The notes under the pieces: generated by a model
The model's input: only the letters and a program-made list of their open reading frames with translations
Told to the model about the DNA's origin: nothing
The model's database searches: none
Made by a program: the position numbers and the translations under genes
Assembly (NCBI RefSeq): GCF_963921235.1
Contig: NC_086108.1
Location: 42,906,001 to 42,970,000, forward strand
DNA: 64,000 nt
Source of the DNA: Mobula hypostoma
Lineage: Eukaryota
Reading direction: 5' to 3'
Shown: piece after piece, positions 25,465 to 36,397 of the stretch
How the letters are laid out: the number at the start of each line of letters is the position of its first letter
Position numbering within the stretch: position 1 is the stretch's first letter

Positions 25465-25525
25465 CTCTTCATCATCTAAAAAGGGCTCATACCAATCCCA
25501 CAGGTCAGCTGGAGGCTGTGTGTAC
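25465..25525 (-). CDS. PRPF38B: PRPF38B coding exon 4 (61 nt, R-YTQPPADLWDWYEPFLDDEE)
   Basis: Acceptor cacag|G completes the split Arg codon; donor GAG|GTATGT, phase 0. Confidence 0.96.
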
Positions 25526-26508
25526 CTGTGAAATGAAATTATAAATTTTCAAAGATATAAATATGCAACTGTTCAATTTGCACATACTAAGCATTTCACG
25601 TTGTAATTTTTAATCTGTATCTGACAGTGGTTTGTCTTCCAGAACTCTCCAATTTAACCAACAATTCTTTACAAATCTGCCAGAAATGGAAAATTCACTG
25701 TTCTGCAAGAAATTATCAAAACTGAGTGTATATAGTATTTTTAAATATTATATACCTTAAATTTTTAATACTATATACTATATTTAATTTTTATGTATCA
25801 GTGGGAGAATGACACCAATCGGTTGCTATACCTATGTATTTCACAAGCCAAACACTGAATTGATGTATTGATGTGCACATAATTTAGCTTCTGAACAGAA
25901 CCTGGTGCAACTGGAACACTTTCATAAATCAAGTGTCCTGAGCCATATGCAAATTGAAAGGCCAAACTATGGTTATTGACCATGAGTGAGCTCCAAGAAC
26001 CTGCTCAAAATACCCCAAATTAAAAGACTCAACTTCAGGTTGTACTATCTAAAATCTCAATTTTGGCACAGCTGTTGAAATGATATTACATTTATAAATG
26101 GCACAATTAAAAAAACATGTACTTAAGGTGTCAATCAGCAAACTGGGTAGTTCTTATTTTGGCAGTCAACAGACATTGTAATTCATTTAGCACAGTCTAC
26201 TGCCTGACATCACAATACAAATATATATTTGAAATACTCATTGCATTATTATATAGGACTTGTGCTCATTTAGTTCTCTTAAGGGTTGAGAGTTATCAGC
26301 TTTACTGGATTTTATGGAATTGATTTCATGACCCCATAAAATATAATGAAATAGACCGTGGAATGTTATGCATTTCAAATGCCACAAATATCTAAAATTA
26401 TTGGTCAATTGATCAAAAGTAATACTACAGATGGCTAAAGAAATTGGAATTTAAACAGTTTAGGCATTATCTTGGTTTTAATGGGTGAATACAATTAAAG
26501 ACACATAC

Positions 26509-26660
26509 CGAATGTACATGAATCCTAAACCACGGATGTATGGAGAGTCAGTGTGTGTTATAAGACCCATCACTTGTTTGCGAGTTAACTTCAGGGTAAA
26601 TAGCTTGTACAGCAGACAAAAGGCAGTTGAAACAATACCTCCTGTTCCAACACCACGAAC
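26509..26660 (-). CDS. PRPF38B: PRPF38B coding exon 3 (152 nt, VRGVGTGGIVSTAFCLLYKLFTLKLTRKQVMGLITHTDSPYIRGLGFMYI-R)
   Basis: Manual translation; acceptor tttcag|GTT, donor CG|GTATGT (phase 2). Confidence 0.96.
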
Positions 26661-27429
26661 CTGAAATATTAATTCAAAGAATTTTTATACAAGTACTTGC
26701 ACAGGGATTTGTTGTATTATTTTTCTTGAGAATAAGGATCCAGCTGGGATACAATTTCTGCGTAATTATAATAAAAATCCTGCAGTTGAGACAGCCTCTT
26801 TGCAAGCTTTTCTTTTTGTTCTTTGTAGCAGCAAACCAAATCAAGGTTGGAAAATAGGGAAGCTATTTTCTAGAAAACTGCAACTACAGTTAGTAGAAAG
26901 ATCGCCATCTTTCAAGACTTCATTGCTTTCTCTCCCTTATTAATTTTACTCTCTACAGAGACCAACAACATTCAAGTCAATCATTGTAATTCTGCCTGTT
27001 TAATTTCTCGGCCACTTTGGGAAAAGACTGAACAGAAAAATATTTTTACTAGTTGCAATTGTATTTACTATCATATACTTTGTAAATTTGAAACAAAAAC
27101 AAATTTCAGTATTTTCCAAATCACTTCCACATTTCAATAACAGACAACTTAAGAGTTCTCAAACAAGTGGCAGTTTACCATTTACCTCAAGCACAGCGAA
27201 TGAACAAGGACAATATTGTTAAAATCATTGAAAATGTAAGGTAAACGAAAAGCAGAAATCACAGGAATACTTTGGCAATAAGGTGAATACCTTGAGCAAA
27301 CTTAAAGGATTCAGAAGGCTTTCAAGTAGTGTCGCAATAAGATTTTCTTCAGTTCAAATATAAATAGCAAATTCAGATAAATATTAAAGGATATACACTA
27401 GCTTTACAAAAATACATAATGGAAAATCC

Positions 27430-28258
27430 ATGCAAACACGAGGAATTCTGCAGATGTTGGAAATTCAAGCAACATACATCAAAGTTGCTGGTGAACGCAG
27501 CAGGCCAGACAGCATCTCTAGGAAGAGGTACAGTCGACGTTTCAGGCTGAGACCCTTCGTCAGGACTAACTGAAGGAAGAGCCAGTAAGAGATTTGAAAG
27601 TGGGAGGGGGAGGGGGAGATCCAAAATGATAGAAGACAGGAGGGGGAGGGATGGAGTCAAGAGCTGGACAGGTGATTGGCAAAAGGGATATGAGAGGATC
27701 ATGGGACAGGAGGCCCAGGGAGAAGGGGGGGGGGAGCCCAGAGGATGGGCAAGGGGTATAGTCAGAGGGACAGAGGGAGAAAAAGGCGAGTGAGAGAAAG
27801 AATGTGTATATAAATAACGGATGGGGTACGAGGGGGAGGTGGGGCATTAGCGCAAGTTTGAGAAGTCAATGCTCATGCCATCAGGTTGGAGGCTACCCAG
27901 ACGGAATACAAGGTGTTGCTCCTCCTACCTGAGTGTGGCTTCATCTTTACAGTAGAGGGGGCCGTGGATAGATATGTCAGAATGGGAATGGGATGTGGAA
28001 TTAAAACGTGTGGCCACTGGGAGATCCTGCTTTCTCTGGCGGACAGTGCGTGGATGTTCAGCAAAACCATCTCCCAGTCTGCGTCAGGTCTCACCAATAT
28101 ATAGAAGGCCACATTGGGAGCCCCGGACGCAGTATATCACCCCAGCCGACTCACAGGTGAAGTGTTGCCTCACCTGGAAGGACTGTCTGGGGCCCTGAAT
28201 GGTGGTAAGGGAGGAAGTGTAAGGGCATGTGTAGCACTTGTTCCGCTTACACGGATAA
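27430..28258 (-). mobile_element. Penelope-like element 3' part (GIY-YIG remnant + pLTR)
   Basis: The minus strand reads toward a GVIYCVR..CGLLYIGET-like motif at ~28090-28150; purine-rich tract; pLTR with an intact hammerhead core at 27531-27570. Confidence 0.85.
27532..27567 (-). ncRNA. Minimal hammerhead ribozyme motif, sense to the PRPF38B pre-mRNA (intron 2)
   Basis: Reverse complement reads AGTC-CTGACGA-AGGGTCTCAGCCT-GAAAC-GTC-GACT. Confidence 0.72.
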
Positions 28259-30275
28259 GATGCGACTTTATCATTCAGAATGGCAGCTTAAATCAACAGC
28301 TCCTCCGAAAAAATGCATATTTTGCCCCGTTAATCCATCAAATATAAGATCTTTCGAATACAAGATCTTTCGAAAATATCTGAATTGATAAGGAGGTCAC
28401 GAATGGGGAGAAAGAATCAAGATAAAAAAAGTACCACTGCGGAGCCTATGGAAGAGAGAGGTACAGCGCGCAGCTCTCCTACATGTGCACATGGCAGCGA
28501 AGCTGACGCTGGGCCTAGTGCAGGCGAAGCGGCAAATATGATAAGGATTTTGGAAGAGCTAAGGGAAGTCCAAAAAGATATAAAGCAGCAACTCAATGAT
28601 ATAAAGTTAGAGCTCGCCAACGTCAATGAGAAAATAGCAGTGGCAGAGACTCGAATTGAGAAGATGGAAGTTCACGTGCAAAACGTGGAACAGATATTAA
28701 GTAAGACGATAAAAATAGTAAATCAACAGGAAAGTAAATTGCTTGACCGGGGGGAAGATCACGACAGAAAAATATCAGGATTTATAATGTTCCCGAAGGA
28801 GCAGAGAGATTGTCAATGATGGACTTTGTAGACAAGCTGCTGCGGGAAGCGCTGGAGATTCCTCAGACTATGGAGATTGAAATTGAAAGAGCACATCGTT
28901 CGCTTGTCCAGCAGCCTCCCGGAGACAGAAGGTAACGGGAAGTTAATATACTTCGATCATGATTACCCCCCCGGCGGTCCCACAGAAACGGAAGGAATAT
29001 TCCGAAGCGAGATGAATAAGAAAAGACTAAATTCCAAACCCCATACCCTGCTATGGGGGTATTTTACCAAGAAGAGATACGACTGTACCAGATGGTGAAG
29101 GAGGCGACTACAGGCATGAACAACAGAGGACTGTCCATCAGCGTGGTCAAACCAAGGGAAAGTCTGGCTGAGCAGTTGTCCCGAGCTGCTTGGGAAATAG
29201 TAAGAGAACCTAGAAAGCAGGGGATGGGAACAGGACGAGAGAAGGATTTTAGGAAGAGACTGTCAGTTCTCCGAGGACAGCCCTCACCTCTTCCAGAAGA
29301 GCCATAAGGTTTGGCTAACTTTAAAAGTGCTGATAAACTAAATGGAAGCAAAAATAGACAGTGATATACCTATCTTGAGAAATACATGCTATAATGTGGA
29401 TTTTATATTACTCAATTTTATAAAAATTCATTTATTCATTCCTTTTTCCCCACCTAAATGAGAATATATACATGGGAGGAATATTACACAGGGAAATCAT
29501 TTCTGTGTAATAGACAGTTTTTTTTACTTACTTTTATAGGTACTGCAGCTGGGGCCCTCAACCCACAGGTAGGAGGGGCTATCCCCCACGGCCAGACTTC
29601 TCTTCTAGCCCAACCCTGGGTCATGTAGAGACCCCAGCCTTGGAACCACACCTTCGTTACCTTTTTTTTATTATTCACTTTTCTTGGTTCTTATTTGTTC
29701 AGGGAGTAGATCAATTAAGTTATATTGTGCAAATTTCGATGATATACTAACAGATAAATACACTTAAGAGAGTAAGACCATATATTTTGGGTATATACCT
29801 CAAGAATGGTTGAAGAGATAATTATAAATATTTAATGAATGTACTGCTGGTGGCTGGTAAAGACCCTTACCAAGAAATGGTTATCTCAGGAGAGCCCAAC
29901 TTTAAATGTATGGATGGAAATTACAATGGACATTTACAAAATGGAGAAGATAACAACATCTGTTAATCATAAGTTGGAACAATTTTATTCATACTGGAAA
30001 AAATGGTTTAACTACATAACACCTCATAGGCCTGATTTTATTCTCACAATCATTGAATATGTTGTAAAAAAAATCACTCCCTACTCTGTACAGAGTTTTC
30101 TTCTTTCGATTGTTCTTTCTTTCCTCTTCTTTCTTTCTGTAAGTGTGTACCTCATAAATATTATGTGGAGATTTGTGACAAATATGACTATATGATATAT
30201 ATGTACAGTATCTGAAATACATCTTATGGAAATGTTTGATGATGAAACTCAATAAATAATAAATTACTAAAAAAA
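28259..30275 (+). mobile_element. L1/Tx1-clade LINE, internally deleted (ORF1 remnant + extreme 3' end of ORF2)
   Basis: Coiled-coil ORF 28385..28819; KNIRIYNVPEG (~28770), IEIERAHRSL and IYFDHDYP L1-ORF1 motifs; ORF2 C-terminus (KKWLSQESPTLNVW..KMEKIT..W.KW); AATAAA and an A-rich tail at ~30251-30275. Confidence 0.85.
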
Positions 30276-30747
30276 TGATATGCATAACAAAAGATGGAAT
30301 GTTGATTTCACCAAGTTTTCTTCATTTGTGTAAAAGTACAATGGAATTTTTAAATTTTTAGTTTGCTTCAACTTTTCCACACCTTACTGCAAGACTTTAT
30401 GAAGGTAGGACTGAAGTCACACAGGAAAAACATAACCAAACTGGGCAAGTTCAGATAAAAACTGCCCAGGAAAACAAAGTAAACTTTGGAAGAGATTTAC
30501 ACAAGGTGCAACAGACTATTGTAAATTATCCATCTCATTATTCCTGCATAATTCAGCAGATTCTGCATTTTCCCCCAATCACCAGCAGGTTACTTATATT
30601 TCTATACATAGATTAAAACTATATTCATTCCACTAGACAAGACATTGCTTTATCAGAGATAACATTAAAGTTGACGAAAGAGGTAAGGAGTTGAGGGAGG
30701 TAGAAGAGAAGAATTATGACACTATGCCACATAATTGGGACAGAAGA

Positions 30748-31276
30748 CTGTTGCAAACAGTTTTGTGACTAGCGCCAGTAGCGTGCACTTGTAAGGTCAT
30801 TAGACACTACACAGTGCTTAGAGCAAACAGTTTTTAAATAATGTTAGTTGCACATGTATTGTGTTAAAAAGCAGTGATTTTTGTCAGTTGGTTGGAGAGA
30901 AATGAGCAGTAAGACAATCCAGAATAGTTTTGCTTACTACGGCTTCTAGCATTCAGGCCTGGAGATGCTAGAAACAGCCAGGAGTGAAAATGAAACCATT
31001 TCATTACCTCAATAGATTTAAATAGCAAAAGTTGCACATACTTGTATTATATTATTCATTTGGGAAGACGGACAATTAAAAGGCAGTGATTTTTGACATT
31101 ACTTCGTGCAGAAAGGCAGTCTGCATTAATTATGTTCATTTATAGTCCATCAAAAGAACATACCAGCATACACTATATGAATTCCTCTGTCAACAACTAT
31201 TAGGAACTAATACAGCTTATAATATGGTAGTAATATTGGCAGTTCTAGTTTGTTCTGCATTTCATTTAAATACATA
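30748..31276. repeat. Unclassified repeat with internal direct repeats; possibly a DNA-transposon relic interrupted by the CR1 at 31277
   Basis: gttgcacat...aaaa(g)cagtgatttttg is repeated at ~30848-30885 and ~31031-31097. Confidence 0.35.
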
Positions 31277-33180
31277 AAGAATGTAAAAAGAATCTTAAGA
31301 AAGAAATTAGAAAAGCTAAAAGATATGAGGCTGCTTTGGCAAGTAAGGTGAAAATAAGTCCAAAGGGTTTCTACAATTATATTAATAGCAAAAGGATAGT
31401 GAGGGATAAAATTGGTTCCTTAGAGAATCAGAGTGGATAGCTATGTGCGGAGCCAAAAGAGATGGGGGAGATTTCGAACAATTTCTTTTCTTCGGTATTC
31501 ACTAAGGAGAAGGATATTGAATTGTGTAAGGTAAGGGAAAACAAGAAGGGTAGTTACGGAAAGTATGATGATTAAACAAGAGGAAGTACTGGCGCTTTCA
31601 AGGAATATAAAAGTGGATAAGTTTCCAGGTCCAGACAGGATAATCCCTAGGAGCTTGAGGGATGTTAGTGTGGAAATAACAGGGGCTCTGACAGAAATAT
31701 TTCAAATGTCATTAGAAACGGAGATGGTGCTGGAGGATTGGTGTATTGCTCATGTGGTTCCATTGTTTAAAAAAAGGGTTCTAAAAGTAAACCTAGCAAT
31801 TATCGGCCTGTGAGTTTGACGTCAATGGGGGGTAAATTGATGGAAAGTATTCTTAGAGATGGTATATATAATTATCTGGATAGACAGGATCTGATTAGGA
31901 ACAGTCAACATGGATTCATGCGTGGAAGGTCATGTTTGACAAATCTTATTGAATTTTTTGATGAGGTTACTAGGAAAGTTGATGAGGGTAAAGCAGTGGA
32001 TGTTGTCTGTCTGGACTTCAGTAAAGCCTTTGACAAGGTTCCACATGGGAGGTTAGTTAGGAAGGTTCAATCATTAGGTATTAATATCAAAGTAGTAAAA
32101 TGGATTCAGTAGTGGCTAGATGGGAGACGCCAAAGAGTAGTGGTGGATAACTGTGTGTCAGATTGGAGAACGGTGTCTAGTGGTGTGCCTCAGGGATCTG
32201 CACTGGGTCCAATGTTGTTTGTCATATATTTTAATGATCTGGATGATAGGGTGGTAAATAGGATTAGTAAGTATGTAGATGATACTAAGATAGGCAGAGT
32301 TGTGGAAAATGAAGTAGGTTTTCAAAGCTTGCAGAGAGATTTAGACCACTTAGAAGAGTGGGCTGAAAGATGGCAGATGGAGTTTAATGCTGATAAATGT
32401 GAGGTGCTACATTTTGGTAGGACTAAGCAAAATAGGACATACATGGTAAATGATAGGGCATTGTAGAATGCAGTAGAACAGAAGGATCTAGGAATAATGG
32501 TGCATAGTTCCCTGAAGGTGGAATCTCATGTGGATAGGGTGGTGAAGAAAGCTTTTGGTATGCTGGCCTTTATAAATCAGAGCATTGGGGAGTTGGGATG
32601 TAATGTTCAAATTGTATAAGGCATTGGTAAGGCCAAACTTGGAGTATTGTGTACAGTTCTGGTCACCGAATTATAGGAAAGATGGTAATAAAATTGAGAG
32701 AGTACAGAGGAGATTTACTAGAATGTTGCCTGGGTTTCATCTCCTAAATTACAGAGAAAGGTTGAACAAGTTGGGTCTTTATTCTTTGGAGCATAGAAGG
32801 TTGAGGGGGGACTTGATAGAGGTACTGAAAATTATGAGGGGGATAAATAGAGTTGACGTGGATAGGCTTTTTTCCATTGAGAGTGGGGGAGATTCAAACA
32901 AGTGGACATGAGTTGAGAGTTAAAGGGCAAAAGTTTAGGGGTAACATGAGGGGGAACTTCTTTACTCAAAGAGTGGTAGCTGTGTGGAACGAGCTTCCAG
33001 CAGAAGTGGCTGAGGCAGGTTTGATGTCATTTAAAGTTAAATTGGATAGATATATAGACAGGAAAGGAATGAAGGGTTATGGGCTGAGTGCAGGTCGGTG
33101 GGACTAGGTGAGAGTAAGAGTTCGGCGCGGACTAGAAGGGCCGAGATGGCCCATTTCCATGCTGTAATTGTATATGGTTA
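31277..33180 (+). mobile_element. CR1 LINE, 5'-truncated, RT largely recognisable
   Basis: ORFs 31565-33107 with SQHGFMRGRSCLTNL, LDFSKAFDKVPH, SGVPQGSALGP, SKYVDDTK; TATGGT-type tail. Confidence 0.92.
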
Positions 33181-33299
33181 TAGTGACTCAGTTAAACGTT
33201 AACTGCCACGATGAAACATCAACTTGTTAATTCTTTCCATAGATCCTGTCTAACCTGCTGAGTTCCTCCTGTATCCTGTATGTTACTCTTCAGTTCCAC

Positions 33300-33570
33300 T
33301 ATCTGCAGAATCTCCATTCTTCTAAACTTCAGCAAGTGCAAGCCCAGATCCATCAAGCACTCCTCATACGTTAACCCTTTCATACCCAGAATCATTCTAG
33401 TGAACCTCCTTTGGACCCTCTCCAATGCTGGTGGATTCTTTCTTCTATAAGGGGCCTAAAATTGCTCACCACATTCCAAGTGCGGTCTGACCAATGCCTT
33501 AAAGCCTTGGCATTACATCCTTGCTTTTATATTCTAGTCTTCTTGACATGAATGCTAACATTGCAAATGC
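33300..33570 (-). mobile_element. CR1 fragment
   Basis: ORF 33219..33425: ERVQRRFTRMILGMKGLTYEE. Confidence 0.75.
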
Positions 33571-33765
33571 TGTGTCAGTAACTTCGAAATCACAACTTGA
33601 TAAAGAGATAGTTTTGGAAAGTTCACCCTTCTCTTATTGCTCATCTCCAACTTTCTCACATATTGTCAATGATGACTTGCTGACTTTAGTCCATCCCCGC
33701 CCACCGACCCCATAGATAAACACATATAAAGAGATTAAGAAAATAAATCACGTACTTCTACTTAC

Positions 33766-33834
33766 CCCTCCGCACATGCCTGTCTGGCCTGCAGTCTTCC
33801 TGCTCCCCTTTTCCCATGGCTCAATATGAGTAAC
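33766..33834 (-). CDS. PRPF38B: PRPF38B coding exon 2 (69 nt, VTHIEPWEKGSRKTAGQTGMCGG)
   Basis: Manual translation; acceptor ttacag|GTT, donor GGG|GTAAGT; continues the PRP38 domain in frame. Confidence 0.96.
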
Positions 33835-36203
33835 CTGTAATTAGATCATTGGAAAGATATTTGGTTAGAACTTAATTTTGCCTTCAGGACAAATATTTTA
33901 CACACAAGAATAAAAATATTTGAGTCACTATGAAAACAATAATTGTTTTCATACCTTAGCTAAATTCTAAATATATTCCAGTATTGGAGATTTGAAAGTG
34001 GTTTGGAAAACTTATTTCTTAATGTTATGCTAATATTTAATAAGATAAAATTTAGAAAGGGTATACTGATCAACAGTAAAATATGAGATTACATCTGTGA
34101 CTTTGGACACTGATTTTGCAGCATATTTGTAATACATTTAAAATTAAACTTCATAATGAAAGCAAGTTCAGTTAATGTGTGATATTTGATCAGTAAAAAG
34201 AGCCTTGTAATGCTCCGCTTTTGTGTTAGCTAAAATAGACAAATCAGAGCTGTCTATAAATAGACTAAAATCCCTTTCGTTTTTAAACCCAAACAAAACT
34301 TGGTCTTTACTAATTTGGTGCAAAGAAGTGCTCCACCTAATGTGTTATGGATGCAAAATTTAAAATTTCTCAGTTGAACTACCAAATTATTTTTAAACTA
34401 GGTAAGCAAATCTAACAAAAAACATCTTTGTCTTCAACATTTTTATCCAAAACCTATGAATTGTATTTGCCTCAGTTTTAAAAATAATTGCCAATGAAAA
34501 GAATATTCCTTTTGAGTAAGCTGACGAGAGTCAACAGACATTACAGATCCAGACAAAATAGTTAGTTGCAACACTAGCTCTCAAGTTATTAGTATGAAAA
34601 AGTACTCTAGTACATTTGTCCCTGAATTAGGCATGTTTATCCATCCATGGAAACATTGAGGATCATAACAGTTTTTTGTAATAGCTCTTTTCTCAATGAT
34701 ATTTGAAAACAAAATTCTCAACATTAATCCGAAGATCAATTATTTGATGAGGAGCACAATTTCTGACACGCATTCCATTCCAAAAAAATCAGAGTCCAAT
34801 TTTGGACACACTCCTGCCAAAAGTCCCTAGCAATCTACAAGACAATCTGAACACCCTAAAGCAGTCGATAGTATTCAGAAGAATTGGTGGAACCAAAGAC
34901 CAAAAACAAGACAGTACTCTCTCAAATCCTTTCCTCCATCCACCTGGGTCACACCTAATGCCAGGCCACTCTGAGCTTCTGGGGCAAGTTCAAATCCAGA
35001 TGTAAATGTATTCTAATACAATATAAAAATTATGAAATACAATAAAGTACAAATAAATTATACTAAAAAGTTTATATTTTATGATTTTCTGAAATATCAT
35101 TGCTCAGTCTGGAAAACAAATTGCTTGATAACAAACTGATCATCTGCACTGTACACGTTACATCTCCAAATAACAAAGATCATCCCAGCAATACTTACCG
35201 CATAATCAATAATGAATATCTTAGTTTAAGAATGAATCTAAAGAGATTAAATTGCAAGCATTAAACCTGAAGAATTTATAACATTAATCAAAAATTCAGT
35301 TTCAAATGCAGAAAAGGGAAGATGTTGTGGAGGGATTGTCTTCTCAGTCAGTGAGGAAGAATCAAGGAGGGAGCGATCACTATTGTGATTATTCCACAGA
35401 TCCCACCCCAATAACTACAGAAACACTCAGATACAGACGGGGGGGGGGGGGCGGAGAATGGATTTTGGAAAGATGCAGTTTGGAGTACTGCAAAAATAAC
35501 AGAAGTGTCAAGGGAAAGATTGCTGCACCTTTGGCAATGATCTTTGCATCCTCACTGGCCGCAGGAATAGTGCCAGAGGATTGGAGGATGACAAATGTCA
35601 TTCCTTTGTTCAGGAAAGGCAAGGACAACCCAGGGCATATAGACAGGTGAGTCTCAAGTCAGTGGTGGGAAACCATTGGAGAAGATTCTTAGAAACTGGA
35701 TTTATGAGCATCTGTAGAAGCATAGTCTGACTAGGGATAGTCAACATAGCTCTGTTAGGGACAGGTTGCACCTCATGAGCCTAACTGAATTCTTTGAGGA
35801 CGAGACAAAACACACTGATGAAGACAGAGCAATGGACGTGATTATATATGGATTTTAATAAGGAGTCTGACAAGATTCATTCAGAACATCAGGAGCCACG
35901 TAGATTCAGAATTGGCTTGCCCACAGAAGGGTAGATTGGTTGTGGTTGTAGATTAACATATTCTGCCCGGAGATCAGTGAAGAGTGGTGTTCTGCAGGAA
36001 TCTGCTCTGGGATCCCTGATATGTATTTTTTGTAAATGATTTGGATGAGCAAGTGGAAGGGTTTGCTTGAAGGTTGCAGATGACACTTAGTTTAGTGGTC
36101 TTGTGGACCACATAGAACATTTAGGTTACAATGGGACATTGAAAGAATGAAGAGCAGGGTTAAGAACTGGCAGATGGCATTCAACCCAGCAGAGTGTTAA
36201 GTG

Positions 36204-36397
36204 GGCAAGAGGTATATTCGGAGGGACAGAGGGAGAAAAAGGAGAGTGAGAGAAAGAATGTGTTAGTCCTGACGAAGGGTCTCGGCCTGAAACGTCGACT
36301 GTACCTCTTCCTATAGATGCTGCCTGGCCTGCTGCGTTCACCAGCAACTTTGATGTGTGTTGCTTGAATTTCCAGCATCTGCAGAATTCCTGTTGTT
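36204..36397 (+). mobile_element. Penelope pLTR insertion with a 5' inverted segment
   Basis: 13-bp TSD AGAGTGTTAAGTG (36191-36203, 36398-36410). 36204-36262 matches 27747-27805 directly, while 36262-36397 matches the reverse complement of 27435-27570. Confidence 0.9.
36265..36300 (+). ncRNA. Minimal type-I hammerhead ribozyme motif (Penelope-associated)
   Basis: AGTC-CTGACGA-AGG(GTCTCGG)CCT-GAAAC-GTC-GACT: stem I AGTC/GACT, CUGANGA and GAAA boxes, GUC cleavage triplet, loop-less stem III. Confidence 0.75.

Noticed and set aside
28346..28374. 13-bp tandem duplication AAGATCTTTCGAA
   Set aside because: Small local duplication within the L1 5' UTR with no evident significance.
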